From positions 2,668,001 to 2,732,000 of the forward strand of contig NW_024704742.1 in assembly GCF_018977255.1 (NCBI RefSeq): 64,000 bases of DNA. The letters run 5' to 3'. Both the position numbers and the translations under genes were made by a program. The notes beneath the pieces were generated by a model, which was not told the origin of the DNA, made no database searches, and saw only the letters and a program-made list of their open reading frames with translations. Numbering within the stretch: position 1 is the first letter of the stretch; every line of letters begins with the position of its first letter. Of the stretch, positions 39,443 through 50,345 are shown one piece after another. This DNA is from Callorhinchus milii (Eukaryota).

Positions 39443-40740
39443 GTAAGACATCTTGATGACAGTGTTGTTGCCCTTGCCCATACAGGAGTAGCACTTGAAG
39501 GACTTTCAGCTTAAACTGGTTTCATACTCTGCTTTGAAACCGTGGGACTCAATACTTTCATTCAAAAACTGGCTCTCGCGGAGTTGTGCTCAGGATTTTC
39601 AGCACATTCCTGCAAAACAGTCCGTGACTCCAGTCTATGGTTCCCTACCAAACTAAAGGTCAATATGAGTTTGCACCTGTGCTTTGTGCCTTCCAAGTAC
39701 TGGGAATCAAAACCTATGTATACCCAGCAGTGGAGTGGGAATCCCAATTTTATACTCTCTGCTCTATATCACTCTACACAGAACACGTCTGTGGATAAAA
39801 CAACCTTGACTTGGAGATCTGTGTACCGTGCGGCTTCACATATGCTCTGAGCACAAAGGTCGGGTGTTAGTGTGTTTTTTTTTAACGCTAGGAAACACCG
39901 GGTTTATTCCGTGTGGTGCAAATGGAAGCACCTTGTTTATAGAGGTGTTGGGACAGAGGCTCCAGGACATTTCACACGGGCTCAACCTCCATTTACACGG
40001 CGATGTGCCACCAAACGAACAGTATAGAAGCTGCGTTGCTCGGATTAGCTGGTTGTAGTAAAAAAAAAGTATAAAGATCCAAGGTGGGATTTGTAACTCC
40101 TTAACCTCTGTGTTGGTATGTTATGCTGGAAAAATAAGTGCGATCTCTGAATCTGTATACTATATTAAAAAAAAAATCGAGTCTCCAGACTCTTAAGGGG
40201 GGAAAGAAGAAAATGAAATCTTTTGTGACAAAAATATTTATGTTACAAGTGCCTTCCGCACAACTGAGTAAAAAATGCTTCAGGATATATGGCAAAACTA
40301 CTGGCAGGTAATTTACAGGAATGCACACATTTTTGAAAATCAAATCTGGTGCCTCCTTAATGATCACCAGCTCGCTATCTATATACCTCGCATGATTGAT
40401 TTGGTTTTAACTTGATAAATAACTTCATTTTATTTAAAGCATCCAGTCGTCTACTTACAAACACAAACTGAAAGCATGACAACAGATTGGAATCAAGGCT
40501 ACATGTTTTCTAGCAATCTTATATATAATTTACTGATTTGAAATACCCAAGATGGATCAGAATTCCTCAGCTTACTGGTGGTGTACTTTTATGTTCTTTT
40601 TCATCTATAGCTTTGTGAGATTGCTACTTCTATTAGTGATGTAGTCAGTTGATGCGAATGGATTGGACTGGATGTTCGCTCACGTTCAGTCTTGCTTCCT
40701 GCTCTGTCAGAATGTCAGCACTTATTCCTCATACGCTTGA

Positions 40741-40888
40741 ATAATAGCAACAATATTCCTTGCATTTGATACAGCGCCTCATTACGTTTTCGAGACGTCT
40801 CACAGCACTTCACAGAATATACTGTAAAGTGAATTGACTGTATATTTTGTGGGCAAAATTGTGTCCCACAAACAGTCGTGGATTGAAT
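40741..40888 (-). mobile_element. tRNA-SINE long (A) variant, 3' part, split by a CR1 insertion
   Basis: Tail and body stop at gtcgtggattgaat, where the CR1 tail begins. Confidence 0.85.
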
Positions 40889-42190
40889 AACATAAGAACA
40901 TATAAGAATTAGGAGCAGGAGTAGGCCATTCGGCCCCTCTAGCCTGTGCCCTGCCATTCGATAAGATCATGGCTGATCTATTCTAACTCCACCCACCCGC
41001 CTTATCCCCATATCCCTTAATCCCTTTATCCACAAAAATCTATAAAAATAATAATAATAATCCTTGCATTTGATATAGTGCTTTTCACGTCGGGAGGACG
41101 TCCCAAAGCGCTTCACAGAACACACTGTAAAGTGAATTGACTGTATATTTGTGGGCGAACACGACAGCCAATTGCGCACAGCGATGTCCCGCAAACAGTC
41201 GTAGATTGAAAATGACCAATTTATTATTGTTTTTGGTTTTGGAGGGATTATTATTAGGCTCTGTGTGGAGTAAGGAAACTTGCCCAAGGTTTCGCCCTCT
41301 TCCTGGAATTGAACTCAGGTCTCTCGCTTGCAAAGCGAGTGCTCTAACCACTGAGCTACAGGACTCAATCTCAGTCTTGGATATGTTCAAGGACTGAGCA
41401 TTTACAGCCCTTTGGGGTAGAGAATTCAATAAATTCACTACTCTATGAGTGAAGAAGTTTTTTCTCAACTCAGTGCGAAGGGTTTACCCCTAATTTTAAG
41501 ACTGTGACCCCCGGTTATAGTTTCTCCAACCAGGGGAAAAAGTCTCCCACTGTCTATTCTGTCGTGCCCCTTAATAACCTTACAGGTTTCTATAAGATCA
41601 CCTCTCATTCTTCTATATTCTAGAGAATATAGTCCTAAATTGCTCAACCTATCCTCATAACTCATCCCTCTCATCCCAGGTACCAATCCAGTGAATTTAC
41701 GTTGTACCCCCTCCAAGGCGAGTACATCCTTTCTTAAATAAGGAGACCAAAACTGTACACAGTACTCTAGGTGCGGTCTCACCAGGGCCCTGTACAGTTG
41801 CAGCAAGACTTCCCTACTCTTATATTCTGACCCTTTTGTAACAAATGCCAACATACCGTTAGTCTTCCCAATTGCTTGCTGTAACTGCAAACTCATTTTT
41901 TGTGACTGGTGTACAAGGACACCCAAGTCCCTCTGAACGCTAACACTGTCTAGTCTCTCCCCTTCTAAAAAACAATCTGCTCTACTGTTTTTGCCATCTG
42001 GGTGGATGACTTCACACTTCCCTACATAATGCTTCATCTGCCACCTATTTGCCCACTCACCTCGCCTATCTATATCTCATTGCATTTTTTTAATGTCATC
42101 CTCGGTGTTTACTCTCCCTCCTAGTTTAGTGTCCTCCGCGAATTTGGATATATTAAGTTCGATGTCCTCATCTAGGTCATTGTTGTAGGT
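40889..42190 (-). mobile_element. 5'-truncated CR1 LINE (RT through 3' UTR), interrupted by a SINE at 41044-41366
   Basis: Minus strand NDLDEDIELNISKFAEDTKLG (FADD degenerated to FAED). ORF 41465..42037 has QRDLGVLV, LYRALVRPHLEYCVQFWSP and RRMRGDLIE. 3' UTR ends in ttcttatatgttcttatgtt. Confidence 0.95.
41044..41366 (-). mobile_element. Full-length tRNA-Ala-derived SINE, short (B) variant, nested in CR1
   Basis: Near-identical to 27331-27655. Removing it rejoins the CR1 sequence aaaaatctat-caatctcagtc. Confidence 0.93.
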
Positions 42191-42394
42191 TATTATTCTT
42201 ATGTTTTTTTGAATGGATTATTACTTCCAGAAAAGCGATCCGACGATCGACTAACAACCGGGTTCCTATTTACTGCTAGGTGAACACACGTGTGTGGAGT
42301 AAGAAAACTTGCCTAACGTTTCGCCCTGCCCGGGAATCAAACCCAGGTCTCTCGCTTGTGAGGCGAGTGCTTTAACCACTGAGCTACCAGATAC
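42191..42394 (-). mobile_element. tRNA-SINE long (A) variant, 5' part
   Basis: Continues the 40741-40888 copy; collinear with the uninterrupted A copy at 60220-60547. Confidence 0.85.
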
Positions 42395-42460
42395 AGTTTT
42401 AATGCTGATTCTTATTCAGTCTGAAGGAACTAAGTTCTGCGCCACAACTGGCACCGCCTT

Positions 42461-42892
42461 CCATCACCTCTGAAACATCGCTCCCACCCTCGCCCTCGCT
42501 CGCCTCCACTGGCTCCCCATCACCCAGAGGATCGAATTCAAGATCCTCATCCTCACCTACAAGGCCATTCACAGCCTCGCTCCCTCCTACCTCTCCGACC
42601 TACTATCCCCCTACCTACCTGCCCGTACCCTCCGTTCTTCTGGCTCCGTCTGCTCAACATCCCCGTCCCAACCGCCCTACCATCGGTGGCCGGGCCGCCC
42701 TCTCAAGACCTTTCTCTTTGACCGTGCCTTCAGCTTCCCTCTCGACTCTCTAACCCCTCCTCGCTCCCTCCCTTCCCTCCCCTCACCCTGACCATTTCCC
42801 CCCTGCTCAGGTCCTGACCCAACTGTCCAGCGCCTTGGGACGTCCTCCCGACGTGAAAGGCGCTCTATAAATGATATCTTGTTGTTGTTGGT
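42461..42892 (+). mobile_element. L2-clade LINE 3' end
   Basis: LARLHWLPITQRIEFKILILTYKAIHSLAPSYLSDLLSPYLPARTLRSSG, then the hairpin agcgccttgggacgtcctcccgacgtgaaaggcgct and (GTT)n. Confidence 0.92.
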
Positions 42893-43342
42893 GTTGTAAT
42901 TTACACAACGTTAACTATTTTTGTTGGGAGTGTATCCCTGGTATTCGAAGTACCGGTTTGCCTATGATTTTTTTTCCCTCTCTCTGAACTGCTTATGACG
43001 TGCTTTTAATTTTCAAGCTCTGTTCTTTTCTTTCACTTTTTGGCCATGATCTCTGTCAAATGTACATTATCTCTACCTGTCAATATCTTACATGACCCTA
43101 TTGACTTCTCTTTGCCAATGAAAACTCGTCTAGATCATTTGACCCCTCCAACCCTTTTTCTTCTCCCTTGACTTTACCATTAAGAACTGCGGTCTTTTCT
43201 CCTTAAGCATCGTCTTCTGCTTCCTGCCAACAATTTTTCAACCCAGCTATGCTCTGCAGACTACAACTTTACCACAAAGTGCACGTAGTCACACCATTTT
43301 ATGCAGTATATTCTGTGAACCGACAACATCGTAAGTGAAATA

Positions 43343-44743
43343 CAATAAGGAAAATGCTATCTTCGTGTTCTGAGACATCTAGTAATATGTGATACTTCAA
43401 GGTAATACATTTTTCCTAAAAATTAACCGGGTGTAATATTTAATATTACATGGCAATTCAGCAGATTGTATTTTCACAATTCCACCGTCTAAATTCTGGT
43501 ACGGTTCATTTCACCTATTGTTACTTTGCACCTTTTTGTGAAATACTAATATTTTTAAAGAATACTTAGGTGCACGTAAAAGACTCTCGACATTATTAGC
43601 AAAAAAAAGAAGGGAGTTTCTCTCGGTGTCCTGGCAATATTAATGTTTTTTTTTCGAAGTTCCAAGCGTCAAAATTATGTGTGCAGCATCATCGACTGAA
43701 AATGAGATGGTTGGGCTGTAATTTGCGGGAGTAACTTGGAAAATGAGGCATTCATTGTACACAGTTAACTGAATAGTAACTGTGTCCAATGGGTGTAAAA
43801 GGTCTAAAATACCCAATTGTTTTGAGGAGGCTTTCTTGCAAGGTAGAAATTATCATATTGTTGTGATCAAAGCTGTGGTGGAGAGATGATAACTTGGCGA
43901 TTGGAAGAAGATGAGCCACGCAGAAACATAATAGTGCACCCGGGAACATCGCCATTATGTCCCAATGAACGACCAAGTTTTCTAGATCCTCGCATGAGTC
44001 CTCCAACAGCACAACATCATCTGCTAACAGAGTACCAAAAGTCTACTGGAAGTAGTTGGAGCAGATAGTCAAGGGCAGTGCTGTCCATCACACCGTTGAG
44101 GAGCACATTGATTAAGGATGACAGTGGATGATCTTATCTCACCCATCGTTTCTGAGACTGATAAGCCAAGTCAGTCTCCCGTCTGCTCTTGAACCGATTC
44201 ACATTGACCCGCAAATCCTCTGCGACTACGTTGAACTGACCCGTAAGAAGTCTGCTTCACCTGGAGTTCGTGTCTGGGTTGCATTCCTGTGGGTTGGCAA
44301 GACGTGCGTTGAATTATTTACAAGGGTCTTGTTTCAGGCACCAATTCGGGGTGTCATTTCTGCATCTGTTTCTCTGAGGAGTACATTTTGAACCCAAACG
44401 CGCAGCAGTGTGAAAGACTCTGACCGGATTTTTTTTTCTCTCTAAATCATTTATTTTTTGTACCAAATTACAATGTTTATTTTCCAGTTCAGTGTCGCTA
44501 CTCTTATTTACCAAAACTGACAAATACATGTTTCACAAATTGAAGATTGCGTGCCAGGCAGAGATCGGTGTTTATGGAAGCGAAGGAATGAAAAATAGTA
44601 CGGAAAATGCTGTTTTAGTGCGTTCTAAATAACCTGATCTACGATTTTTACTGCGGAGACAGAGATAATAAACTAACTCATTAACTTGTAGTATCATATA
44701 TCACTAGATGTCTCAGAACACACATATAGCTTTTTCCTTACTG
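43343..44743. mobile_element. Putative non-autonomous DNA transposon: 64-bp TIRs with TA flanks
   Basis: 43343-43406 is the reverse complement of 44680-44743 (55/64 identical). Termini are CA(A/G)T and both ends are flanked by TA. Confidence 0.65.
43930..44200 (-). pseudogene. Decayed non-LTR (RTE-like) reverse transcriptase fragment
   Basis: Minus-strand pieces RADGRLTWLISLR / VR*DHPLSSLINVLLNGVMD / LLADDVVLLEDSCEDLENLV lie in the order of the GVRQG.PLSP..FN..MD and (Y/F)ADD.VLL motifs. Contains frameshifts and a stop. Confidence 0.5.
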
Positions 44744-45937
44744 TATTTTATTAGTTTATCATGAATTTAGAGCACTGGGTTATTAGAAGAGAGAATATAC
44801 AGCCCATTGAGCCTACTCAGCCATTTTATCAGTTGATAGCAGCTTTTTATCTTTCTAATTGTGTTACCTTGCTCTTTCTCTTTATTCCTCAAAACTTTTA
44901 CTTCTTAAGTACCTATCTGCAGTACCTTGCCAGTAAGCGTTTTAATCTTTCTGCATCTAGAAATGTCGGGTGTTAGTTCCGTGCTTTTATATTTGGAATA
45001 CCCTCTTCCCCCCCCCCCGCCCCTCACCCAAGTTACAAAGCCCAACAGGCTGGGTCAACCTCACCTGATGTTCGCACGCGTGCAACCTTTCCAGCTGGAT
45101 AGCCGTCGCGAGCTTGCCTGATTTCCCCCTCTCCAAGCCAGAGTCGATTGCTGAGGGCGATTGCGGTGTTTCAACCGGTGCCTTGCCTTGGAGCAGCGAA
45201 CAGCGCAATCGTGTAAACCTGCGACTTTCCTGCACGGCTTGGTGTTGCAACGGGACCCGTGCCTTCCAACTATTTAACCCCCTGTTAATTACTTTATCTC
45301 AGCAATCTTGTTTTTTGTGTTGTGTTCAGAAACGGTGACGACCTTGTCATTTCAACCAAAGTGCCCCCAAGTTACACCGTCACTTCATTAGTTAAGGCAA
45401 GGAACTATTTTTTATTCAAGGTTGCCTCTCACCACCTCGTTAAATTGGAACGGCTTTAAAGCAAAGCTTTTGATTCCCGAAGGAGCGGGCGCATTTGTTT
45501 TGCTTTCTTAACGGAAGGGTTGACTTGCCCTCACTCCCACTGAGAGGCGCTTCATCGGAGAGAAAAAAAAGCACTCGACGTTCAAGTCTTTATTGCTGCT
45601 AAATACAAATGTAATCAGGGCAATGCAGTCTCAATTACTGATGGGATCTGGGTCAGGCACACTGTTGGATGGAGTAGTCTATTAGTCAAAAACAAAATAA
45701 GAACTACCATTGAATGGCATGTAGTCAGATTGTCTGGTCACTGATAACGACCATTTGCAGCAACTATGCACTTACTGCAGGACCAAGTGCTTTGGTTTAT
45801 ATCCCTTGTGACTTTATGTGCAGCTACCGGGAATATATTAAAGGTGAACTGGCTTGAGGGCCGGCAAACCTTGGACTTATTGTGAGGGAAGGGAATGGGG
45901 TACCACTGTTCCAGGTGTCAGCCAGGGTTCCCCTCTC

Positions 45938-46315
45938 GAGTTCTGTGGTATTTTGGTCAGAGCACTGGCCTGACGGGCGGGTTTGATTCCTGGGCGGGGA
46001 GAAATCTTAGACAAGTTTCCTCGCTCACCCACGCGCCTCTGTTTACGTAGCAGTAATTAGGAACCCAGTTGTTAGTCGATCGGTGGATTGCTTTCCGGGG
46101 GTAATAATCCCTTCAAAATATAATGATAATAATTTGGTCACTCAATCCACAACTTTCTGTGGGACACTGCCGTGCGAAATTTGGCTGCCGCGTTTCGCCC
46201 ACAAACTATACAACCAATTCACTTCACAGTATAATATGATAACTCTGTATGCTGTGAAGTGCTTTGACATGTTTCAATGACTTGATAAGGTGCTATATCA
46301 AATATAAGGATCATT
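45938..46315 (+). mobile_element. tRNA-SINE long (A) variant
   Basis: Decayed head, central gcctctgtttacgtagcagtaattaggaacccagttgttagtcgat, and the shared 3' tail. Confidence 0.85.
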
Positions 46316-46489
46316 AATGCTCTCGCCCGTGACCTGTGGAATGTAATCGAGAAGTGGTAGTGGTTTGTCTCCAGCTTTATCGACACTCACCTGAGTACCA
46401 CCTGGAAAAGGAATGTGGAAGAAGAGGGCGATAAGGAAACGGTCTGGGATAGACCGCAGAGATGACGATCTCTGTGATGGAGTTTCCCG

Positions 46490-47610
46490 TTCCAACTCAC
46501 AGAGCCTGTGCGCAATCTCCTTGTTGTGTTTAACCCTGAATTCTCCTTCAAATCTTTCAGCAGGACTCTAAGCAAGTCCACTTTCCTCCCTCTCCATCGG
46601 TCTCTGACGGTCTCAGCAGATCAATTTTGAGATCCTTGCCTTCAAATGCCTCCTTCCTTTGCCCCACGTTACATTGACAGGTGGCGGGGAGCTGTGAAAG
46701 GGAAGCTGTGAAAACCCTGAGAAGGGACCACAGCCAATTCTCTGAGCAGCCCCAACCCAGAGATCGACCCTTTAACTGAGTTTCATTCAGTTTTACTTTG
46801 TACCTCCTACACCCTGCCCCGCCCCCACCAACCTGCTCTCCGCAAAGAACATTTTCACTTGCCCCCTATGCTTACACCTACAATTTCCTTAACCCAACTC
46901 AACTGTCGCATCCCGCGTGTCCCTCTTGCCCTCCCTCCATTCCTCCACCCGTGGCCACGCTGTCAGCCACTCTGCCCCGACACTCTGGAACACTCTTCCT
47001 CGATCCCTCTGCTTTAGTTACCCCTTCCTTCCCCATCTTAAGCTCGAGCCTGAAGATCTTCCTCTTCGACCGTGCCTACGGTCACCTCCCCACTTCCCCG
47101 CCTGCTACCCTGTGTGAGGGGCGCTGTATAAATGCACTTTATTATTGGTGTCACTTTGCTTCGCTCCGTCAATCCCCTGGCTTGTTGTGTGCCTCCCATC
47201 TGACTTGTCATTGGTAGGGGAGCTTTCAGTCACTTAGCTCTCACGCCATTGAACTCTCTCCAAAATCTCTCTCCCTCTTCCCACCCCCACTGCTTTCAAA
47301 ATCCATTTAAAAACCTAACCCTTTGACTAGGCAATTGGCACAACTCCCGCTCCCCCCACCCACCCCCTTCCTTGCCTGGTCTCCCATTCCTTGCGAAGCC
47401 CTTTGAGTCAGATGTTCCTCCCGACACGAAAGGAGCTACAGAAGTGAAAAGTGTTCTCCTTAAGCGCTCCGAGCCGTCCCTCCCGACGTGAAACCCGGTC
47501 CGTACACGTGCGCTGGATTGTAGGAACAGCTCCGCTCTATCTTGAAAAAGTGATTCAATGCCATAACATTTTTGCCGTTAGTTGTATAAACACAAGTTGT
47601 TGTTGTTGTT
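46490..47610 (+). mobile_element. Cluster of decayed L2 fragments and tails
   Basis: VRNLLVVFNPEFSF, SAPTLWNTLP and LKIFLFDRAYG traces, plus several tail hairpins. Confidence 0.65.
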
Positions 47611-49408
47611 GTATGATAGCTTTTCTCGAGGACAAAAGAACGCCCGATAACAGAGAGCCCAATCGCAGCTGAAAGCTGCAGTCGGTCTTGGCGTGTCTTT
47701 AGGATACGGTTTAGTTCACATGTTAATGGCAAGCACTGTTCAGCTTGCAGAGTAATGATGTGTTATTAGTCAATGATGAGGACAAGAAGCAACACATTTG
47801 TAATGTAATCACAGGTTAGACTTACACGGAGCACGATTACGTGCAGCGATTCCATAACCGTGCCGTACAAATCTATTACGCTGGGCAAAATTTATTTTAA
47901 TCAAATTATAAATGTTTTTTTTGTGGGTGTGACGGAGAATCAGCGAGCGGATCATTAATGAAGGCTTTTTTAGTCCAACGGTGATACGGCTTTATAGTGG
48001 TACGAGTGCTACGGGGTCTGGAGATCAGGGGCCAGCGTGTCAGCCGGTTATTATGTCACTGGAGTTGGATGTTCAGTTATCACAGTGGAATTATGCCAAA
48101 GACTCGTTGGACTTGATGGCAAAATTAGTGGCAGTGCCAATTCGGCAATAAGATGGATTGCGTAATGTTTTAAAGCGTGGTCGGCTGGATCAGGCCCTCA
48201 CGAGCAGCTTTTTTTTTCGTTGCCCGTATATATTATACATCTCGCCGTTCGGGGATCAGCAGTTGCTTGCCGGGTACATCCTTTTCTCCACTTTTTCAGG
48301 CACTTCTGGTGTCAATCGTTGACAGGTATGAAGTGTATCATGTCGACGTGCATAGGCCGAATGTGTCCAAGGTTAAAAAAAAAAAGAATTCTTCCTAAAC
48401 TTGACAGATTTGCTGTGCCGGTTAACATCTGGAGGTGAGCTGTACAGGAACTGGATTGTCCAAAGTCATTTCAAGAACAATATCCATCATCAAATAGAGA
48501 GGGGCTGTAGCACATTCAGGATTTGCCGCATTTGATGTTGCGCAACATATCCTTTATTCGCTGTACAAACGCATAAACTGTTTTTGGCCGCGCGCCACAC
48601 AGTCACTACACCTCACGGTATAGCCCCTGAAGCACTTTGGGATGTCCTGCCGATACGCAAGACGTTATATCGAGTGCAGCAGCAACAACAACAACAACAC
48701 ACTACATTTGTCTTAAACGGCTTTCACGTCGGGAGGATGTCCCAAGGCCCTGGACAGACAGGGTCCCGCACCCGAGCTGGCGGTGGGCGTCAGGAGGGCT
48801 AGGAGGCCGGGGAGGGTAGGGGTTAGGTGGGTGACCAAAGGCACGGCGGTCGAAGAGGAGGGTCTCGAAAGAGGCAAGGGAAGGCGAGGATTCTTATTCT
48901 AGTTTTACCTGGGCTTAATGCCTCAGCCCGCAGAGGGCACTGTTGTCTATTTAACAGACGTGACGTAACATTTACATGCCAACTGGGACTGCGGAAATGC
49001 AATAAGGAATCCTAAAAGTACTCTCAATGTTGGTTGGAACTTGCGGGGCTCGGTGCGAAGTCGGATGCTGTCTGAACTCTTTGGAGCTGAGCCTTCTCAA
49101 TGACCTGTTTACACGAGGCTGGCACAGTGCATTATACCTTTCACCTTCAGTACAAACGTTTAGAGTTCGTGTATCCTTAGCCTATCGCATGGAATTCAAT
49201 GTGTATCTGTGCAGAGCTTCTTACTGTATAGGACCGTGGGGTAATACCCACTTTTCATTGAAATCTTATATTATTAATTTTACAATTAGCTTTTCTTTAC
49301 AAAAACGAAGTAGTTGGGCTGCATTCCTGCCCTTGTTGACCACACTTTTTTTAAAAAAAACAGCAAGTGGTTTGCCACAAGTTGTGATTCAGGTCAGCAG
49401 TTGAATCT

Positions 49409-49733
49409 AAATAATAATAATAATCCTTGAGATTGAGATTGCGCTTTTCACATCTTCTCAAAGCGTCTCAAACCGCTTCACAGAATATGCTGTAAAGTGA
49501 AGTGACCGTATATTTGTGGGCGAAACGCGGCAGCCAATTGCGCACAGCAACGTCCCCACAAACAGTCGTGGATTGAAAATGACCAATTTATTATTGTTTT
49601 GTTTTTTGGAGGGATTATTATTAGGCTCTGTGTGGAGTAAGGAAACTTGCCCAAGGTTTCGCCCTCTGCCTGGAATTGAACCCAGGGGTCTCGCTTGCGA
49701 GGCGAGTGCTCTAACCACTGAGCTACAGGACTC
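49409..49733 (-). mobile_element. Full-length tRNA-Ala-derived SINE: short body with a non-B tail loop
   Basis: Same central deletion as the B copies, but the tail reads cacatcttctcaaagcgtctcaa, closer to the A type. Confidence 0.9.
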
Positions 49734-50199
49734 TACGATAAAAATGTGTAATCTTTCATGTTCAAAATCAGCACGTGCGTACCTACATCTGGCCTGAGCA
49801 CAGGACTGTCTTACATAGCTGATGTTCGAGAATGTTAATGGGGAAAGGTTTCCCTTCAAGTCGAATAGTTAGAAAGAATCGCGATTTACGTTCATTTTCC
49901 TTTATTTTTGTTTGAAAGAGAAGACTGTGTGTCACCCTCCAGTACCAACAGCCAGTCTTTATTTTACGGCGTTTCCAAATAGATATCTTAGCAAACAAAT
50001 TGGAATGTCTGTGACAGGCAACTCAGAGAAAGATTGCTTCTACTTTATCAGATTTTCGAGAGCTTGGCTCTCTCGAGTTGACCTGATGTACTACTTGATA
50101 CCGCAACTGAGCCACCCACCCAGATTGCTTAAGAAATAGAGCAAAAATCATCCCACACCCTTAGGTTTGAGAGTGGGTCACCTTGGGAGTACTAACACT

Positions 50200-50345
50200 C
50201 ATAATAATAGTGATAATCATCCTTACAATCCTTCACGGAATATACTGTAAAGGGAATTGACTGTATATTTCGCGGGCAAAACACGGCAGCCAATTGCGCA
50301 CAGCAGCGTCCCCGCAAACAGTCGTGGATTGAGTGACCAATTTTT
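50200..50345 (-). mobile_element. 5'-truncated tRNA-SINE
   Basis: Shared 3' body cggcagccaattgcgcacagcagcgtccccgcaaacagtcgtggattgagtgacc. Confidence 0.8.
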
